A DNA stretch of 64,000 nt from Candidatus Uhrbacteria bacterium (GCA_016188475.1 JACPHT010000001.1:138-64137), one strand, 5' to 3'; numbered from the stretch's first letter, positions 9,968 through 20,714 are shown. Translations and numbers: made by a program. The notes: a model not told the origin generated them from the sequence alone.

Positions 9968-10366
9968 TTATTTTTCAAGACCTTCTAACTTCTTCAGCTT
10001 CTTTAACTTCTTCAGTTTCTTTTTTTGAATATCTTTTACTTCGTCCAGCACAATCATTATATGTGTTGATCTCTTTCGAATCGGCGAAGAACGTCCCATC
10101 GCTTTTGAAGTCCAGCGATGCAATGTTTGACCATCATTTCCAACAATTTCTTTCACATACAAAGTCGCTTCATCCAGTTTAAAATTATTCTTTGCGTTTG
10201 CAATCGCTGAATTCAAAAGTTTTAGAACTGGCATAGCAGCCTCTTTTTTGATGAATTTCAATTGTGCTTGCGCTTCAGTTACTTTCTTGCCACGAATGAC
10301 GTCAATAACTAATCGAACTTTCCGTGGTGAAATGCGCACTGAACGCGCGCTTGCCTTTACTTCCAT
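9968..10366 (-). CDS. rplV: 50S ribosomal protein L22 with KKLKKLKKLKK C-terminal tail
   Basis: MEVKASARSVRISPRKVRLV... L22 N-terminus. Confidence 0.9.
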   Translation of the reverse strand: MEVKASARSVRISPRKVRLVIDVIRGKKVTEAQAQLKFIKKEAAMPVLKLLNSAIANAKNNFKLDEATLYVKEIVGNDGQTLHRWTSKAMGRSSPIRKRSTHIMIVLDEVKDIQKKKLKKLKKLKKLEGLEK

Positions 10367-10375
10367 ATATATAGA

Positions 10376-10705
10376 CTACTTATTTTTTGGCGCCGTTGTA
10401 GAAGCCGGCGCTGTTGGTGCCGCTGTTCCTGTTGTTTCTTCTTTCTGAACTTTACCTCCATGGCGAACAAACTTTCGTGTTGGTGAAAATTCTCCAAGTT
10501 TATAACCTACCATGTTTTCAACAATGCGAACCTTTACGAAATCTTTTCCATTATGCACGGCAAAAGTAAATCCAACCATTTCTGGAGTAATAGTCGAAGA
10601 TCGCGCCCATGTTTTGATCGGCGTTGGATCTCCCTGCCTAATTTTGCCAAGCTTTTTTATAATGCTTGGATGGACAAAAGGTCCTTTTTTAAGACTTCGT
10701 GACAT
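10376..10705 (-). CDS. rpsS: 30S ribosomal protein S19 with Ala/Pro/Thr-rich C-terminal extension
   Basis: [18 protein letters not shown]... S19 start at the internal Met of ORF 10376..10729. Confidence 0.9.
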   Translation of the reverse strand: MSRSLKKGPFVHPSIIKKLGKIRQGDPTPIKTWARSSTITPEMVGFTFAVHNGKDFVKVRIVENMVGYKLGEFSPTRKFVRHGGKVQKEETTGTAAPTAPASTTAPKNK

Positions 10706-10709
10706 AATT

Positions 10710-11562
10710 TTATGCTTTTCCGCCAACAAATCTTCCTAGCTTACGACGTTTAATTATCCATTGGTCTGATGCTTTCTTTCGGCGTGTTTTAACACCAAGC
10801 GCTGGTTTTCCAGATGGTGTTTTTGGACGTTTCAAACCAATTGGATGTTTTCCTTCTCCTCCACCGTGTGGGTGATCAACAGGATTCATTACTTTTCCGC
10901 GAACTGATGGCCTGATTCCACGATGACGTACTCGCCCGGCTTTTCCCCAGCGTATAAGTCGTCGGTCAGGATTTGAAACCTGTCCAACAGTTGCCATACA
11001 TTCTTTTGGAACCATGCGCATTTCTCCAGAGGGAAGTTTAACTGTCGCGTATGCGCCTTCAACAGCCATAAGTTGTGCTAATGTGCCTGCACCTCGAACC
11101 ATCTGTGCTCCCTTTCCAGGTCTTAGCTCAACATCAAACACCTCAATTCCAATTGGAATATGCTGAAGTTGAAAACGATTACCAATATGAATTTCCCCTT
11201 TTTGTTTTGATGAAATAATTTGATTTCCAACTTCCAGTCCAATAGGTGCAATCATATATCTTTTTTCTCCGTCAGAATAATGCAAGAGTGCAATTCTGGC
11301 TCCACGGTTTGGATCGTATTCAATAGTTGCCACCTTGGCAGGAACTTCAAACTTGTCGCGCTTAAAATCAATAAGCCTGATTCGTCGATCTTCACCACCA
11401 CCGCGATGACGAACAGTAATTTTTCCATTTGTTCTTCCAGAAAACTTTTTTCTTTTGATCGTCAATGAACGCTCGGGTTTCGAGCGTGTGATGTCTTCGA
11501 ACGTATCAACACTTGAGATACGACGTCCGGCTGTTGTTGGGCGATATCTTCGAACTGGCATA
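10710..11562 (-). CDS. rplB: 50S ribosomal protein L2
   Basis: [14 protein letters not shown]... start; GGGEG..HP motif. Confidence 0.9.
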
Positions 11563-11568
11563 TTGGTA

Positions 11569-11693
11569 ATCTTTACAAAACTCGCGATATTTCGACTTAC
11601 AGGGCCCCACAAATATCTCACCGTAATTATCATTACGCCTAGACATTTGTTTCCCAGTGCGTCGAAATCTCATCGATTTTTGTAAAGATTATT
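11569..11693. repeat. about 125-bp long-hairpin element, copy B, rplW-rplB spacer
   Basis: Second copy of the element at 6856-6977; outer stem shows two compensatory pair changes relative to copy A. Confidence 0.7.
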
Positions 11694-12054
11694 AGACTCC
11701 TTCGTAAACTTCTATTTTTTTACCTTCTGGCAAAGTGACAATGGCTTTCTTCCAATTCTTTCGTTTTCCGACGTTGCGTCCAAATCTGACAATTTTTCCT
11801 TCAACTCTCTGAACATTAACCGAAACTGGAGTCATTCCATACATTGTTCTAACAGCATTGCGAACTTGAATTTTTGTCGCGTCTTTTGAAACAACAAAAA
11901 CATATTGTCCTTTCGCTGCCAAGTGCGCGGATTTTTCCGTAACCATTGGTCGCAAAATGACATCCGATACAACCTTGCCGGTTTTCAAAACTGGAGCCGT
12001 TATTTTCGGTTCTTCTTTCTCGTCTTCTTTTTTATCTTTCTTAAACCATGCCAT
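11692..12054 (-). CDS. rplW: 50S ribosomal protein L23
   Basis: 120 aa; L23 core motifs ILRPMVTEKS and DATKIQVRNAV. Confidence 0.85.
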   Translation of the reverse strand: MAWFKKDKKEDEKEEPKITAPVLKTGKVVSDVILRPMVTEKSAHLAAKGQYVFVVSKDATKIQVRNAVRTMYGMTPVSVNVQRVEGKIVRFGRNVGKRKNWKKAIVTLPEGKKIEVYEGV

Positions 12055-12058
12055 ATTT

Positions 12059-12694
12059 TTATGCTCTCTTGTAAAGACGTGTTAACATCTCGATTCCTTG
12101 TTTTGAAATCAACACGTTTGGTTTCTTCAACAGATCAACCACATTCAATGCGTTAATTGGCAAAGTTTCGACATTTGGAATATTGCTTGCCGCTTTTGAT
12201 ATATCTCGATTTTCAGGTTCAACTAAAATAAGAGTTTTCTTTCCAGAGATTGGTAATTTAGAAAGAACTTGCGCCAAAACTTTTGATTTACCTTCAGGGA
12301 CTTTAAGTTGCTCAATGGCGACAAATCTTCCTTCGTTAACTTTATCAGTCAAAACCATAGCAAGAGCTTTTCGTTTTGTTTTCTTGTTTATTTTCACTGA
12401 AAAATTTCGTGTATTGCGAGGCCCAAAAGTTATTCCACCTCCAACCCAAATAGGCGAACGTCGTGAACCATGACGAGCACGTCCTGTTCCCTTTTGCTTC
12501 CATGGTTTTTTTCCTGTTCCTGCAACTTCGCCACGATCTTTTGTGTGAGCAATAGCAACACGACTGTTTGCCATTTGCGCAAACACTGCTTCATGAACAA
12601 CTTCCTGTTGAACTGGAACGGCAAATAATGATGAATCAAGTTCAACAATTCCTGTTTCTTTTCCGTCTTGATTGTATAACTTTATACTTGCCAT
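12059..12694 (-). CDS. rplD: 50S ribosomal protein L4
   Basis: 211 aa; PWKQKGTGRARHGS... L4 signature. Confidence 0.9.
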   Translation of the reverse strand: MASIKLYNQDGKETGIVELDSSLFAVPVQQEVVHEAVFAQMANSRVAIAHTKDRGEVAGTGKKPWKQKGTGRARHGSRRSPIWVGGGITFGPRNTRNFSVKINKKTKRKALAMVLTDKVNEGRFVAIEQLKVPEGKSKVLAQVLSKLPISGKKTLILVEPENRDISKAASNIPNVETLPINALNVVDLLKKPNVLISKQGIEMLTRLYKRA

Positions 12695-13308
12695 ATCGTT
12701 TTAGAACTTGTTGTTTTGATCAGAACCAATCCACCACGAGCGCCAGGAACAGCACCCTTTAGTGCAATCAAATTCTTTTGTGGATCAATTGAAACAACCT
12801 CAAGATTTTTAACTGTCACACGAGCGTCTCCCATATGCCCGCCCATTCGCTGACCTTTGATGACCTTGCCTTGTCGTTGTGAAGCGTTTGATCCTGGCAT
12901 TCGTTGCTGATCTTTGTTTCCGTGCGTCATCTTTCCACATTTAAAATGATGGCGCTTCATAACTCCTGCAAATCCGCGACCCTTTGAAAATCCAATCACA
13001 TCAACTTTTACTCCAGGTTGGAACTCATCAACACGAACTTCCGATCCGCGCGAGAGAGTTGTCTCGTTTACACGAAACTCACAAAGAGTATTCATCAGTG
13101 GTAAATCTTTCAAATGGCCGATTGCTGGTTTTGTTAATGTTTTCACAATATCTGTTCCAAGTTGAACTGCAGTATAACCATCTTTATCTTGTGTTCGAAT
13201 TTGTGTGACAACATTTGGTTCAGCTTTAACCAAAGTAACAGGAATAACTGTTCCGTCCTGTTTGAACTCTTGGGTCATTTCGAGTTTTCGACCAATGATA
13301 AATGGCAT
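12682..13308 (-). CDS. rplC: 50S ribosomal protein L3
   Basis: 208 aa; L3 motifs. Confidence 0.9.
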   Translation of the reverse strand: MPFIIGRKLEMTQEFKQDGTVIPVTLVKAEPNVVTQIRTQDKDGYTAVQLGTDIVKTLTKPAIGHLKDLPLMNTLCEFRVNETTLSRGSEVRVDEFQPGVKVDVIGFSKGRGFAGVMKRHHFKCGKMTHGNKDQQRMPGSNASQRQGKVIKGQRMGGHMGDARVTVKNLEVVSIDPQKNLIALKGAVPGARGGLVLIKTTSSKTIWQV

Positions 13309-13601
13309 AAGAAAAGCCGTTAACCTCTAGCTTTTAGCTATTAGCTCGATTACCCGCCTTTTTTTAAAGGCTAATGGCTAAAGGCTAATTGCAATAATTA
13401 CTTATATAAAAGCTAGAAGCCAAACGTAGAAAAATTCTCCACGGCTAGCTTCTAGCTCAAAACTGTTAAAAAGTTTTGAGAATATTAAATTAAATGAATC
13501 GTAAACTCCTTAAATATGATCTTTCAAAGCCCGGGAAGGTTTTCACATAGACCGATGTCTATAAGGATCTTTCTTCCCTGTTTGTCGGATCATTTGCGAT
13601 T

Positions 13602-13934
13602 TTATGTCTTTATTTCAACGTCCACACCGGCTGGCAAATTCAGACTCATCAACGAATCAATCGTTTTATCTGTTGGGTCTGTAATGTCAATCAGACGTTT
13701 GTGAACGCGCAGTTCGTATTGCTCACGAGAATCCTTGTGAACGAAAGTTGATTTATTGACCGTGTACTTGCGCTTCTCTGTTGGAAGCGGCACAGGCCCG
13801 ATCACCTTTGCTCCGGATCGCTCAACAGTTTTCATGATTGTCTGTGTCGCCTGATCAATAATCTTGCTATCGTACGCCTTAATCTTAATACGAATGCGTG
13901 ATTTTTCTTCTTCTGTTTTTTTGATGTCAGTCAC
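13602..13934 (-). CDS. rpsJ: 30S ribosomal protein S10
   Basis: [16 protein letters not shown]..., 110 aa. Confidence 0.9.
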   Translation of the reverse strand: MTDIKKTEEEKSRIRIKIKAYDSKIIDQATQTIMKTVERSGAKVIGPVPLPTEKRKYTVNKSTFVHKDSREQYELRVHKRLIDITDPTDKTIDSLMSLNLPAGVDVEIKT

Positions 13935-14007
13935 AATCTTGAAGTAAAGAACGATTGGTTACGCCTCGCCCAAAATTTTTTAAACTTCGAGCGAGGCGAA
14001 TTTAGTT

Positions 14008-15201
14008 TTACTTAATAATCTTTCCAACAACTCCTGCTCCCACCGTGTGCCCACCTTCTCGAATAGCAAATGACATTTTTTCTTCAAGAGCAACCGGCTG
14101 GATGAGTTTAACAATAAGATTGGTTGTATCGCCAGGCATTACCATTTCAGTTCCTTCTGGAAGTGTGACCTCTCCTGTTACATCTGTTGTTCTGATGTAA
14201 AACTGTGGTTTGTATCCTTTGAAGAAAGGTTTGTGACGTCCGCCTTCCTCTTTTGTAAGCGCGTAAACTTTTGCTTCAAATTCTGTGTGAGGAGTGATGG
14301 AACCTGGTTTTGCAAGAACCATACCGCGTTCTACATCTTCTTTTTTCACACCACGCAAAAGCACACCAGCGTTGTCGCCAGCGCGTCCTTCTGCAAGTTG
14401 CTTATTAAACATTTCTATTCCAGTGACAACTGTTTTCATTGGTTCTTCACGAAGTCCAACAATTTCAACTTCATCGTTAATTTTTACAAGTCCACGTTCG
14501 ATACGTCCAGTTACAACTGTTCCGCGGCCTTCAATCGAAAACACATCCTCAACTGGCATGAGGTATGGTTTTTCTGTGTCGCGAACAGGTTCTGGAATAT
14601 ATGTATCAAGAGCATTTACCAAATCCATGATCGGTTTTGTTGCGGCTTCGTCAGTTGGATTTTCAAGTGCTTTGAGTGCTGATCCTCGGATCACAGGCAC
14701 TTGGTCGCCAGGAAATTCATACTTTTTGAGGAGATCACGAACTTCTTCTTCAACCAAATCAATAAGTTCCGGATCATCAACCTGATCAACCTTATTCAAA
14801 AATACAACAATCGCAGGCACTCCAACTTGACGCGCAAGAAGAATGTGCTCGCGAGTTTGTGGCATTGGACCGTCAGCGGCTGAGACAACCAAAATAGCAC
14901 CATCCATCTGCGCGGCGCCGGTGATCATGTTTTTAATGTAGTCGGCGTGCCCAGGACAGTCGACGTGTGCATAGTGACGCTTGTCTGATTCGTACTCACA
15001 GTGAGCTGTCGCAATCGTGATTCCACGTGCTTTAGACTCTGGAGCCTTATCAAGATCGTCCACGCCTTTTTTTTGCGCGGTCATTCCTTTGGCGCTCAAG
15101 ACGGCCAAAATTGCCGCTGTTGTTGTTGTCTTTCCATGGTCAACGTGACCAATTGTACCGACGTTTACGTGCGGCTTTGTTCTTTGAAACACTTCTGCCA
15201 T
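14008..15201 (-). CDS. tuf: elongation factor Tu
   Basis: [21 protein letters not shown] GTPase motifs; 397 aa. Confidence 0.97.
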   Translation of the reverse strand: MAEVFQRTKPHVNVGTIGHVDHGKTTTTAAILAVLSAKGMTAQKKGVDDLDKAPESKARGITIATAHCEYESDKRHYAHVDCPGHADYIKNMITGAAQMDGAILVVSAADGPMPQTREHILLARQVGVPAIVVFLNKVDQVDDPELIDLVEEEVRDLLKKYEFPGDQVPVIRGSALKALENPTDEAATKPIMDLVNALDTYIPEPVRDTEKPYLMPVEDVFSIEGRGTVVTGRIERGLVKINDEVEIVGLREEPMKTVVTGIEMFNKQLAEGRAGDNAGVLLRGVKKEDVERGMVLAKPGSITPHTEFEAKVYALTKEEGGRHKPFFKGYKPQFYIRTTDVTGEVTLPEGTEMVMPGDTTNLIVKLIQPVALEEKMSFAIREGGHTVGAGVVGKIIK

Positions 15202-15347
15202 ATAAAAATAGTTAGTTGGTAGCCGCAGGCTTTAGCCTGCGAAGTTAGTAGTAAGTAGTTAAAGAATAATATCGGGTAATGACTAACATCTAACCTGTTT
15301 ACGGACGTGCGAAAGTGTAGCAGAAGCCTCAAAAATACGCAAGCCTC

Positions 15348-15716
15348 CTATTCCACAGGTTCAAGATAAAACTCTTCTTCGCCAAAATTATTGTCTTCTT
15401 TAGGTTTTTCTTGAATTTTTGTGGTGTTTTCCTCAATCGCCTTTTCGACGTTTTTGTTGGTGAATTCTTGATACTGTTTTTCAATCTCTTCGATCTCTTT
15501 TTCGTCCATTTCGCTCATATTCCAAGTTTCAGTGTCAGAATTGGCAGATTTCATGACATCAAAAAGGTCCTTTTCTTTAGAATCTTTATTCAAAAAGGAC
15601 TCATATTTTGGCAAATCCATCACAACAAAAACATCATTTCCGTCTGGATCTGTAACAATCATCGTGTCGCCCGTTTTACGGACGAGATTCAAAATGTGGC
15701 GAAATTGAGAAGTCAT
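15348..15716 (-). CDS. small protein with Phd/YefM-like N-terminal fold and acidic C-terminal tail
   Basis: N-terminal pattern FRHILNLVRKTGDTMIVTDPDGNDVFVVMDLPKYESFL resembles the Phd/YefM antitoxin fold; no toxin partner is visible. Confidence 0.3.
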   Translation of the reverse strand: MTSQFRHILNLVRKTGDTMIVTDPDGNDVFVVMDLPKYESFLNKDSKEKDLFDVMKSANSDTETWNMSEMDEKEIEEIEKQYQEFTNKNVEKAIEENTTKIQEKPKEDNNFGEEEFYLEPVE

Positions 15717-15758
15717 AAGCTATAATTGGATTTTTGTTGCTTTTCAAAGTTAGCAAAC

Positions 15759-15787
15759 TTGACAAAAATACGCAAATATGGTATTCT
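15759..15787 (+). promoter_or_regulatory. sigma70-like promoter TTGACA-17-TATTCT
   Basis: Consensus -35 element, 17-bp spacer and 4/6 match -10 element, pointing into the 15.8-15.96 kb intergenic region. Confidence 0.3.
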
Positions 15788-15925
15788 GTTCTCTTGTGCA
15801 ATATCGTGATAAGCGTCTTTTCGAAGAAGTTTGAACGAAAGCATCTGAAATTACTGCATGAGAACGAGGTTGATGAACAGGAAGAAACAACATGTTACGC
15901 CTGAAACAGAACTTCAAAAATGATG

Positions 15926-15972
15926 CAAAAAACACTTTCGGTAAATCCGAAAGTGTTTTATTTTATTATGTT
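15926..15972. terminator. bidirectional intrinsic terminator
   Basis: AACACTTTCGG-taaat-CCGAAAGTGTT perfect hairpin with A-tract upstream and T-tract downstream; overlaps the stop of the minus-strand kinase gene. Confidence 0.6.
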
Positions 15973-16974
15973 ATTAATTTCTTCGATTTTTCGTTTGAAA
16001 TCTTGAAACTCGGCTAACTGACCGCAACAACGAGCAAGATTGTGAGCGCGACGAGACGGATATTTTTTATCATCCCACCCAAAATAACAATCCTCAAAAT
16101 AATCTGACAAAAATCTACAAGCAAGTTCAAGTGTGATAAGGCCGATTGATTTTGAAACCAAGTTAATCTCGCGTTTGGTCATCAAACCATTAGAACCATT
16201 TTTATATCCATCCCAACTCGCTCGAAAAAGCGACAACGAAAATGTGTTATGCGGATCATCTTCACATTTACCGCACCATGAGCGAAACGCATCGCCAAGT
16301 TCAACAAGCAAATTCTGACGCTGACACGTGTCAAGATCGATCACGGCCAAAGCTTTTGATCCAGAAAAAAGTATGTTTGAAATTTTTGGATCTCCGTGAA
16401 TCACGTGTTTTGGAAGATCACTTGGCAAAAAATAATTCGGAAATTCTTTTTTAATGATCTCGATTTCTCTTCGCACATCGTTCATTAAAGGAGAGGGTTT
16501 AATTTTTTTCAAAACGTCACAAAAATGCCGATATACTTTTTTTGATTCATGTAAAACCAAAGTTGAATGAAATTTAAATTCGGCTTTATCAATCGCGAGA
16601 TGAAATTGTCCGTAAATTCTTCCAGCTTCTTTTGCCATTGGAACGTTCGTTAGGCGATCAAAAGTTTTGCCTGGAAGTTTTGTTTGTAAACGCCATTTTT
16701 CTTTTTTATTTTCAGCAAGAATTTTTCCTTGTTTTGTTTTGATACAAATCGGAGATGAAAAATTAAGTAAATTCAAAAATCGTGTGACATTGAAGAAATC
16801 TTGTGCAGTTCCTTGCGAAGACAAAATTGGGTGAAGACGTTGTATGATATACTGGTCTTTGTCAGTTTTGATTGAAAACGTTTTGTGAATCAACCCGATA
16901 CTGATTGGTTTGATTTCCAAAATTGTTCCAATATTATACTGACGCAGTATTGAACGAGGAACTTTTTGATTCAT
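15958..16974 (-). CDS. phosphotransferase-family kinase (APH / choline kinase-like)
   Basis: HGDPKISNILF and AVIDLD motifs typical of the aminoglycoside phosphotransferase / homoserine kinase II fold. Confidence 0.7.
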   Translation of the reverse strand: MNQKVPRSILRQYNIGTILEIKPISIGLIHKTFSIKTDKDQYIIQRLHPILSSQGTAQDFFNVTRFLNLLNFSSPICIKTKQGKILAENKKEKWRLQTKLPGKTFDRLTNVPMAKEAGRIYGQFHLAIDKAEFKFHSTLVLHESKKVYRHFCDVLKKIKPSPLMNDVRREIEIIKKEFPNYFLPSDLPKHVIHGDPKISNILFSGSKALAVIDLDTCQRQNLLVELGDAFRSWCGKCEDDPHNTFSLSLFRASWDGYKNGSNGLMTKREINLVSKSIGLITLELACRFLSDYFEDCYFGWDDKKYPSRRAHNLARCCGQLAEFQDFKRKIEEINNIIK

Positions 16975-16983
16975 ACTTTAATT

Positions 16984-17534
16984 TTGTGGGATCAATAATT
17001 TTCATAATACTCTTTGGTTCTATCGTTGTCATTTTATTGTGCTTGACATCAGTTTTTTGGTTCGGTGGATTGCTTTTGCCTATTTTTTTCAAAGGCGGCC
17101 CATTTGTTCCAAGTTCAAACAAACGAATGCAAACAATGATTCGACTTGCAAATATAAAGCCATCAGACAATGTTGTTGATCTGGGATCTGGGGAAGGAAG
17201 ATTTTTAATCGGAGCGATCAAAGCTGGCGCAAATTTTGCTGAAGGATATGAAATTCATCCTGGTCTTGTTGTATATTCAAGACTTAGAGCCAAGTTAAAT
17301 AAAATGCAAAATAAAATAAAAATCCACCGACAATCGTTTTGGAAAGCTGATGTTTCAAACGCGACGATTGTATTCTTATATCAACTTCCGGATTATATGC
17401 AAAAACTACAAGACAAACTTCAAAAAGAATTGCCTATTGGCGCTCGGATAATTTCAAACACATTTGAATTTCCAACTTGGCCGATTTCAAAACAAGAAGA
17501 AAAAATTTACGTGTACGAAAAAACAGGGCAATGA
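16984..17534 (+). CDS. membrane-anchored class I SAM-dependent methyltransferase; start uncertain (TTG at 16923 or GTG at 16984)
   Basis: N-terminal TM helix followed by VVDLGSGEGRFL motif I. Confidence 0.6.
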
Positions 17535-17550
17535 CCCTGTTTTTTATTTT

Positions 17551-19644
17551 CTATTGTACTCGTCCTGTGCCGCCGCGCTTTTCAATAATTTCTTTTGCAA
17601 CGTTTGATGGGACTGCTTCGTAATGATCAAATTCCATTGAATAACTCGCGCGGCCTTGCGTAAGCGAACGAAGTGAAGTTGCATATCCAAACATTTCAGC
17701 AAGCGGGACAAATGCATCGATGACTTTTACTCCTGGACGATCGTTCATTTGTTGAATCTGTCCGCGTTTTGAGTTGAGATCTCCAACAACAGTTCCCATG
17801 AAATCTTCTGGGGTTACGACTTCAACTTTCATCATCGGCTCAAGAAGTTCCAAACCTGCTTTTCTTGCCGCGGCCTGAAACGCCATTGAACCTGCAATCT
17901 TAAACGCGGCTTCTGAAGAGTCAACTTCGTGATAGCTTCCATCGTACAAAACAATCTTCACATCAAGGAGCGGATATCCTGCCAACACACCGCGATCGGT
18001 TGCTTCGCGCGCGCCTTTTTCAATCGCGTTAAAGTATTCTTTTGGAATTGTTCCGCCTTTAACTTCTTCTTCAAACTCAACTCCTGTTCCTGGCGGCAAC
18101 TTTTCAACACGAATCAAACAGTGTCCATACTGACCTCTGCCTCCAGTTTGTCTGATGTATTTCCCTTCTCCTTCAGCATCGCCTTTGATTGTTTCGCGAT
18201 ATGAAACTTGAGGCTGTCCAACATTGCATTCAACATTAAACTCGCGTTTCATGCGGTCAACAATAATATCAAGATGAAGCTCACCCATTCCAGAGATAAT
18301 AACTTGGTTTGTTTCTTCATCTGTTCTCACTCGGAAAGTCGGATCTTCTTCAGCAAGTTTTTGAAGAGCGATTCCCATTTTTTCCTGATCAACTTTTGTC
18401 TTTGGTTCAATCGCAATTGAGATAACCGGCTCTGGAAATACAATTGACTCAAGCAAAATCGGATGATCGATGTCACAAAGCGTGTGACCGGTAAATGTTT
18501 CTTTAAGACCAACCATTGCGGCGATATCTCCTGCATAAACTTCCGAAACATCTTCACGTGTATTTGCGTGCAAACGAACAATACGGCTAACACGTTCTTT
18601 ATTTCCTGTTGAAGAATTCAAAATGTATGTTCCTGATTTTACAATTCCAGAATACACACGGAAAAAAGCAAGCTTTCCAACATACGGGTCAGCTGCAATT
18701 TTAAACGCAAGAGCAGAAAATGGTTCCTCATCGCTTGCATGACGGAAAATTTCTTTATCATTGTCATCAGGATCTGTTCCTCTAACTGGAGGGACATCAA
18801 GCGGGCTTGGAAGATATGCGACAACAGCATCAAGTAAAGGCTGAACACCCTTGTTCTTCAGAGCTGAACCGCACATGACCGGCACAAACTCATTCGCGAT
18901 TGTTGCTTTTCGAATTACTGCTTGAATTTCAGATTCTGAAATTTCCTCACCTGCAAGATATTTGTTCATCAAGACTTCATCGTTTTCAGAAACTGCTTCC
19001 ATGAGTTTCCCGCGCCACTCTTTTGCTTTTTCAGCATATTCAACTGGAATTTCTGATTCTTCGATTTCTTTTCCAAGATCGTCTTTGTAAATAAACGCGC
19101 GCATTTTTAGAAGATCGATGATCCCGACAAAATTCGATTCAGTTCCGATTGGAAGCTGAATAGGATACGCGTGTTTGGTCAAACGATCATGAACAGACTT
19201 TAAGTCTTTGTAAAAATCAGCGCCTGTTCTGTCTAGTTTGTTGATAAAACAAATACGTGGAACTTTATATTCATCCGCATAGCGCCAGTTTGTTTCAGAT
19301 TGAGGTTCGACTCCGGCCACGCCGTCGAACACAGCAACTCCGCCATCAAGCACGCGCATTGATCGTTTAACTTCTACTGTAAAATCTATGTGCCCAGGCG
19401 TGTCGATCAAATTCAAACGATGATCTTTCCAAAAACAAGTTGTTGCGGCCGCGGTAATTGTAATTCCGCGCTCGCGTTCCTGTTCCATCCAATCCATTGT
19501 TGTATCACCTTCGTGAACTTCTCCAATCTTATGCTTACGACCTGTGTAAAAAAGAACACGTTCGGAAACAGTGGTTTTTCCAGCATCAATGTGCGCAAAA
19601 ATTCCGAAGTTGCGTGTTTTATCAAGTGGATATTCTCTGGGCAT
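17551..19644 (-). CDS. fusA: elongation factor G
   Basis: 697 aa; [17 protein letters not shown] GTPase motifs plus EF-G domains II-V. Confidence 0.97.
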   Translation of the reverse strand: MPREYPLDKTRNFGIFAHIDAGKTTVSERVLFYTGRKHKIGEVHEGDTTMDWMEQERERGITITAAATTCFWKDHRLNLIDTPGHIDFTVEVKRSMRVLDGGVAVFDGVAGVEPQSETNWRYADEYKVPRICFINKLDRTGADFYKDLKSVHDRLTKHAYPIQLPIGTESNFVGIIDLLKMRAFIYKDDLGKEIEESEIPVEYAEKAKEWRGKLMEAVSENDEVLMNKYLAGEEISESEIQAVIRKATIANEFVPVMCGSALKNKGVQPLLDAVVAYLPSPLDVPPVRGTDPDDNDKEIFRHASDEEPFSALAFKIAADPYVGKLAFFRVYSGIVKSGTYILNSSTGNKERVSRIVRLHANTREDVSEVYAGDIAAMVGLKETFTGHTLCDIDHPILLESIVFPEPVISIAIEPKTKVDQEKMGIALQKLAEEDPTFRVRTDEETNQVIISGMGELHLDIIVDRMKREFNVECNVGQPQVSYRETIKGDAEGEGKYIRQTGGRGQYGHCLIRVEKLPPGTGVEFEEEVKGGTIPKEYFNAIEKGAREATDRGVLAGYPLLDVKIVLYDGSYHEVDSSEAAFKIAGSMAFQAAARKAGLELLEPMMKVEVVTPEDFMGTVVGDLNSKRGQIQQMNDRPGVKVIDAFVPLAEMFGYATSLRSLTQGRASYSMEFDHYEAVPSNVAKEIIEKRGGTGRVQ

Positions 19645-19647
19645 ATT

Positions 19648-20115
19648 TTATTTTGCAAAATGAGCAAACGCGCGATTAGCTTCTGCCATTCTCTGAACGT
19701 CTTGACGTTTTTTGACAGCGTCACCTTCGTTATTTGAAGCCGCGACAATTTCATCAGCTAATTTTTCCGCCATTCGTCGTCCTTTTTTTGCGCGAGCCGC
19801 AATCAAAATCCAACGGAAAGCCAAAACATAACGACGGTCGCCACGAACTGGCATTGGAATCTGATAGTTTGCTCCACCAACTCGGCGGCTCTTCACCTCA
19901 AGTGATGGCATTACGTTTTTAAGCGCTGTTTCAAAAATATCAATCGGACTTTGTTTTGTTTTTGCGCTTACAATATCTAAACAATCGTAAACCACTTGTT
20001 GCGCAACGGTTTTTTTACCGCCGTGCATGACATAGTTAACGAGTTTTGTAACTTGAACATTTCCAAATTTTGGGTCCGGATCGAGCTTGCGTTTCGGCGC
20101 TTGTTTTCCGCGCAT
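19648..20115 (-). CDS. rpsG: 30S ribosomal protein S7
   Basis: 155 aa S7. Confidence 0.95.
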   Translation of the reverse strand: MRGKQAPKRKLDPDPKFGNVQVTKLVNYVMHGGKKTVAQQVVYDCLDIVSAKTKQSPIDIFETALKNVMPSLEVKSRRVGGANYQIPMPVRGDRRYVLAFRWILIAARAKKGRRMAEKLADEIVAASNNEGDAVKKRQDVQRMAEANRAFAHFAK

Positions 20116-20188
20116 ATATTTGATGTTATCTGACGGTTATATTTATAACTTCCTCCGTGAGCTCGGAGTACTCCGTCTATTATTTATA

Positions 20189-20611
20189 TTATTTTTTCTT
20201 ACCTCGTTTCGCGCCGTACTTTGAACGTCCTTGTTTGCGACCATCAACTCCTTGCGTGTCGTACACTCCGCGAACAATGTGATATCGGACACCAGGCAAG
20301 TCCTTCACACGCCCACCTCTGATCATCACGATTGAGTGTTCCTGCAAGTTGTGTCCCTCGCCAGGAATGTAAGCGTTAACTTCCATTCCGTTTGAAAGAC
20401 GAACGCGTGCGATTTTTCGAATCGCGGAGTTTGGTTTTTTTGGCGTCATGGTTGTCACTTTAACGCACACACCGCGCTTGAACGCGCTTCCGCTTTGATA
20501 ATCCGTGCGTTTGCGGTGAAGTGAATCGTAAGTGAATTGCAAAGCTGGCGACTTTGATTTTGTTGCTTTTGATTGACGTCCCTTTCTAATAAGTTGATTT
20601 ACTGTTGGCAT
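20189..20611 (-). CDS. rpsL: 30S ribosomal protein S12
   Basis: [12 protein letters not shown]... and PKKPNSA...RVRL motifs. Confidence 0.95.
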   Translation of the reverse strand: MPTVNQLIRKGRQSKATKSKSPALQFTYDSLHRKRTDYQSGSAFKRGVCVKVTTMTPKKPNSAIRKIARVRLSNGMEVNAYIPGEGHNLQEHSIVMIRGGRVKDLPGVRYHIVRGVYDTQGVDGRKQGRSKYGAKRGKKK

Positions 20612-20676
20612 AAATAGCAGAGATCAGATTTTAGAGATCAGAGGTTGGAAATACAGAGTAAAAATAGAACGCCAGA

Positions 20677-20705
20677 AGAATAACATTCGTCCCAAAAAAC
20701 GTCAA
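20677..20705 (-). promoter_or_regulatory. candidate str-operon promoter TTGACG-17-TATTCT
   Basis: Read on the minus strand about 65-95 nt upstream of the rpsL start. Confidence 0.4.
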
Positions 20706-20714
20706 CCCAGCAAT

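Noticed and set aside
16923-16983. Methyltransferase start at TTG 16923, overlapping the divergent kinase start by 50 nt
   Set aside because: A GTG at 16984 just outside the kinase ORF gives the same TM helix and methyltransferase domain without head-to-head overlap; kept as the preferred start but flagged as uncertain.
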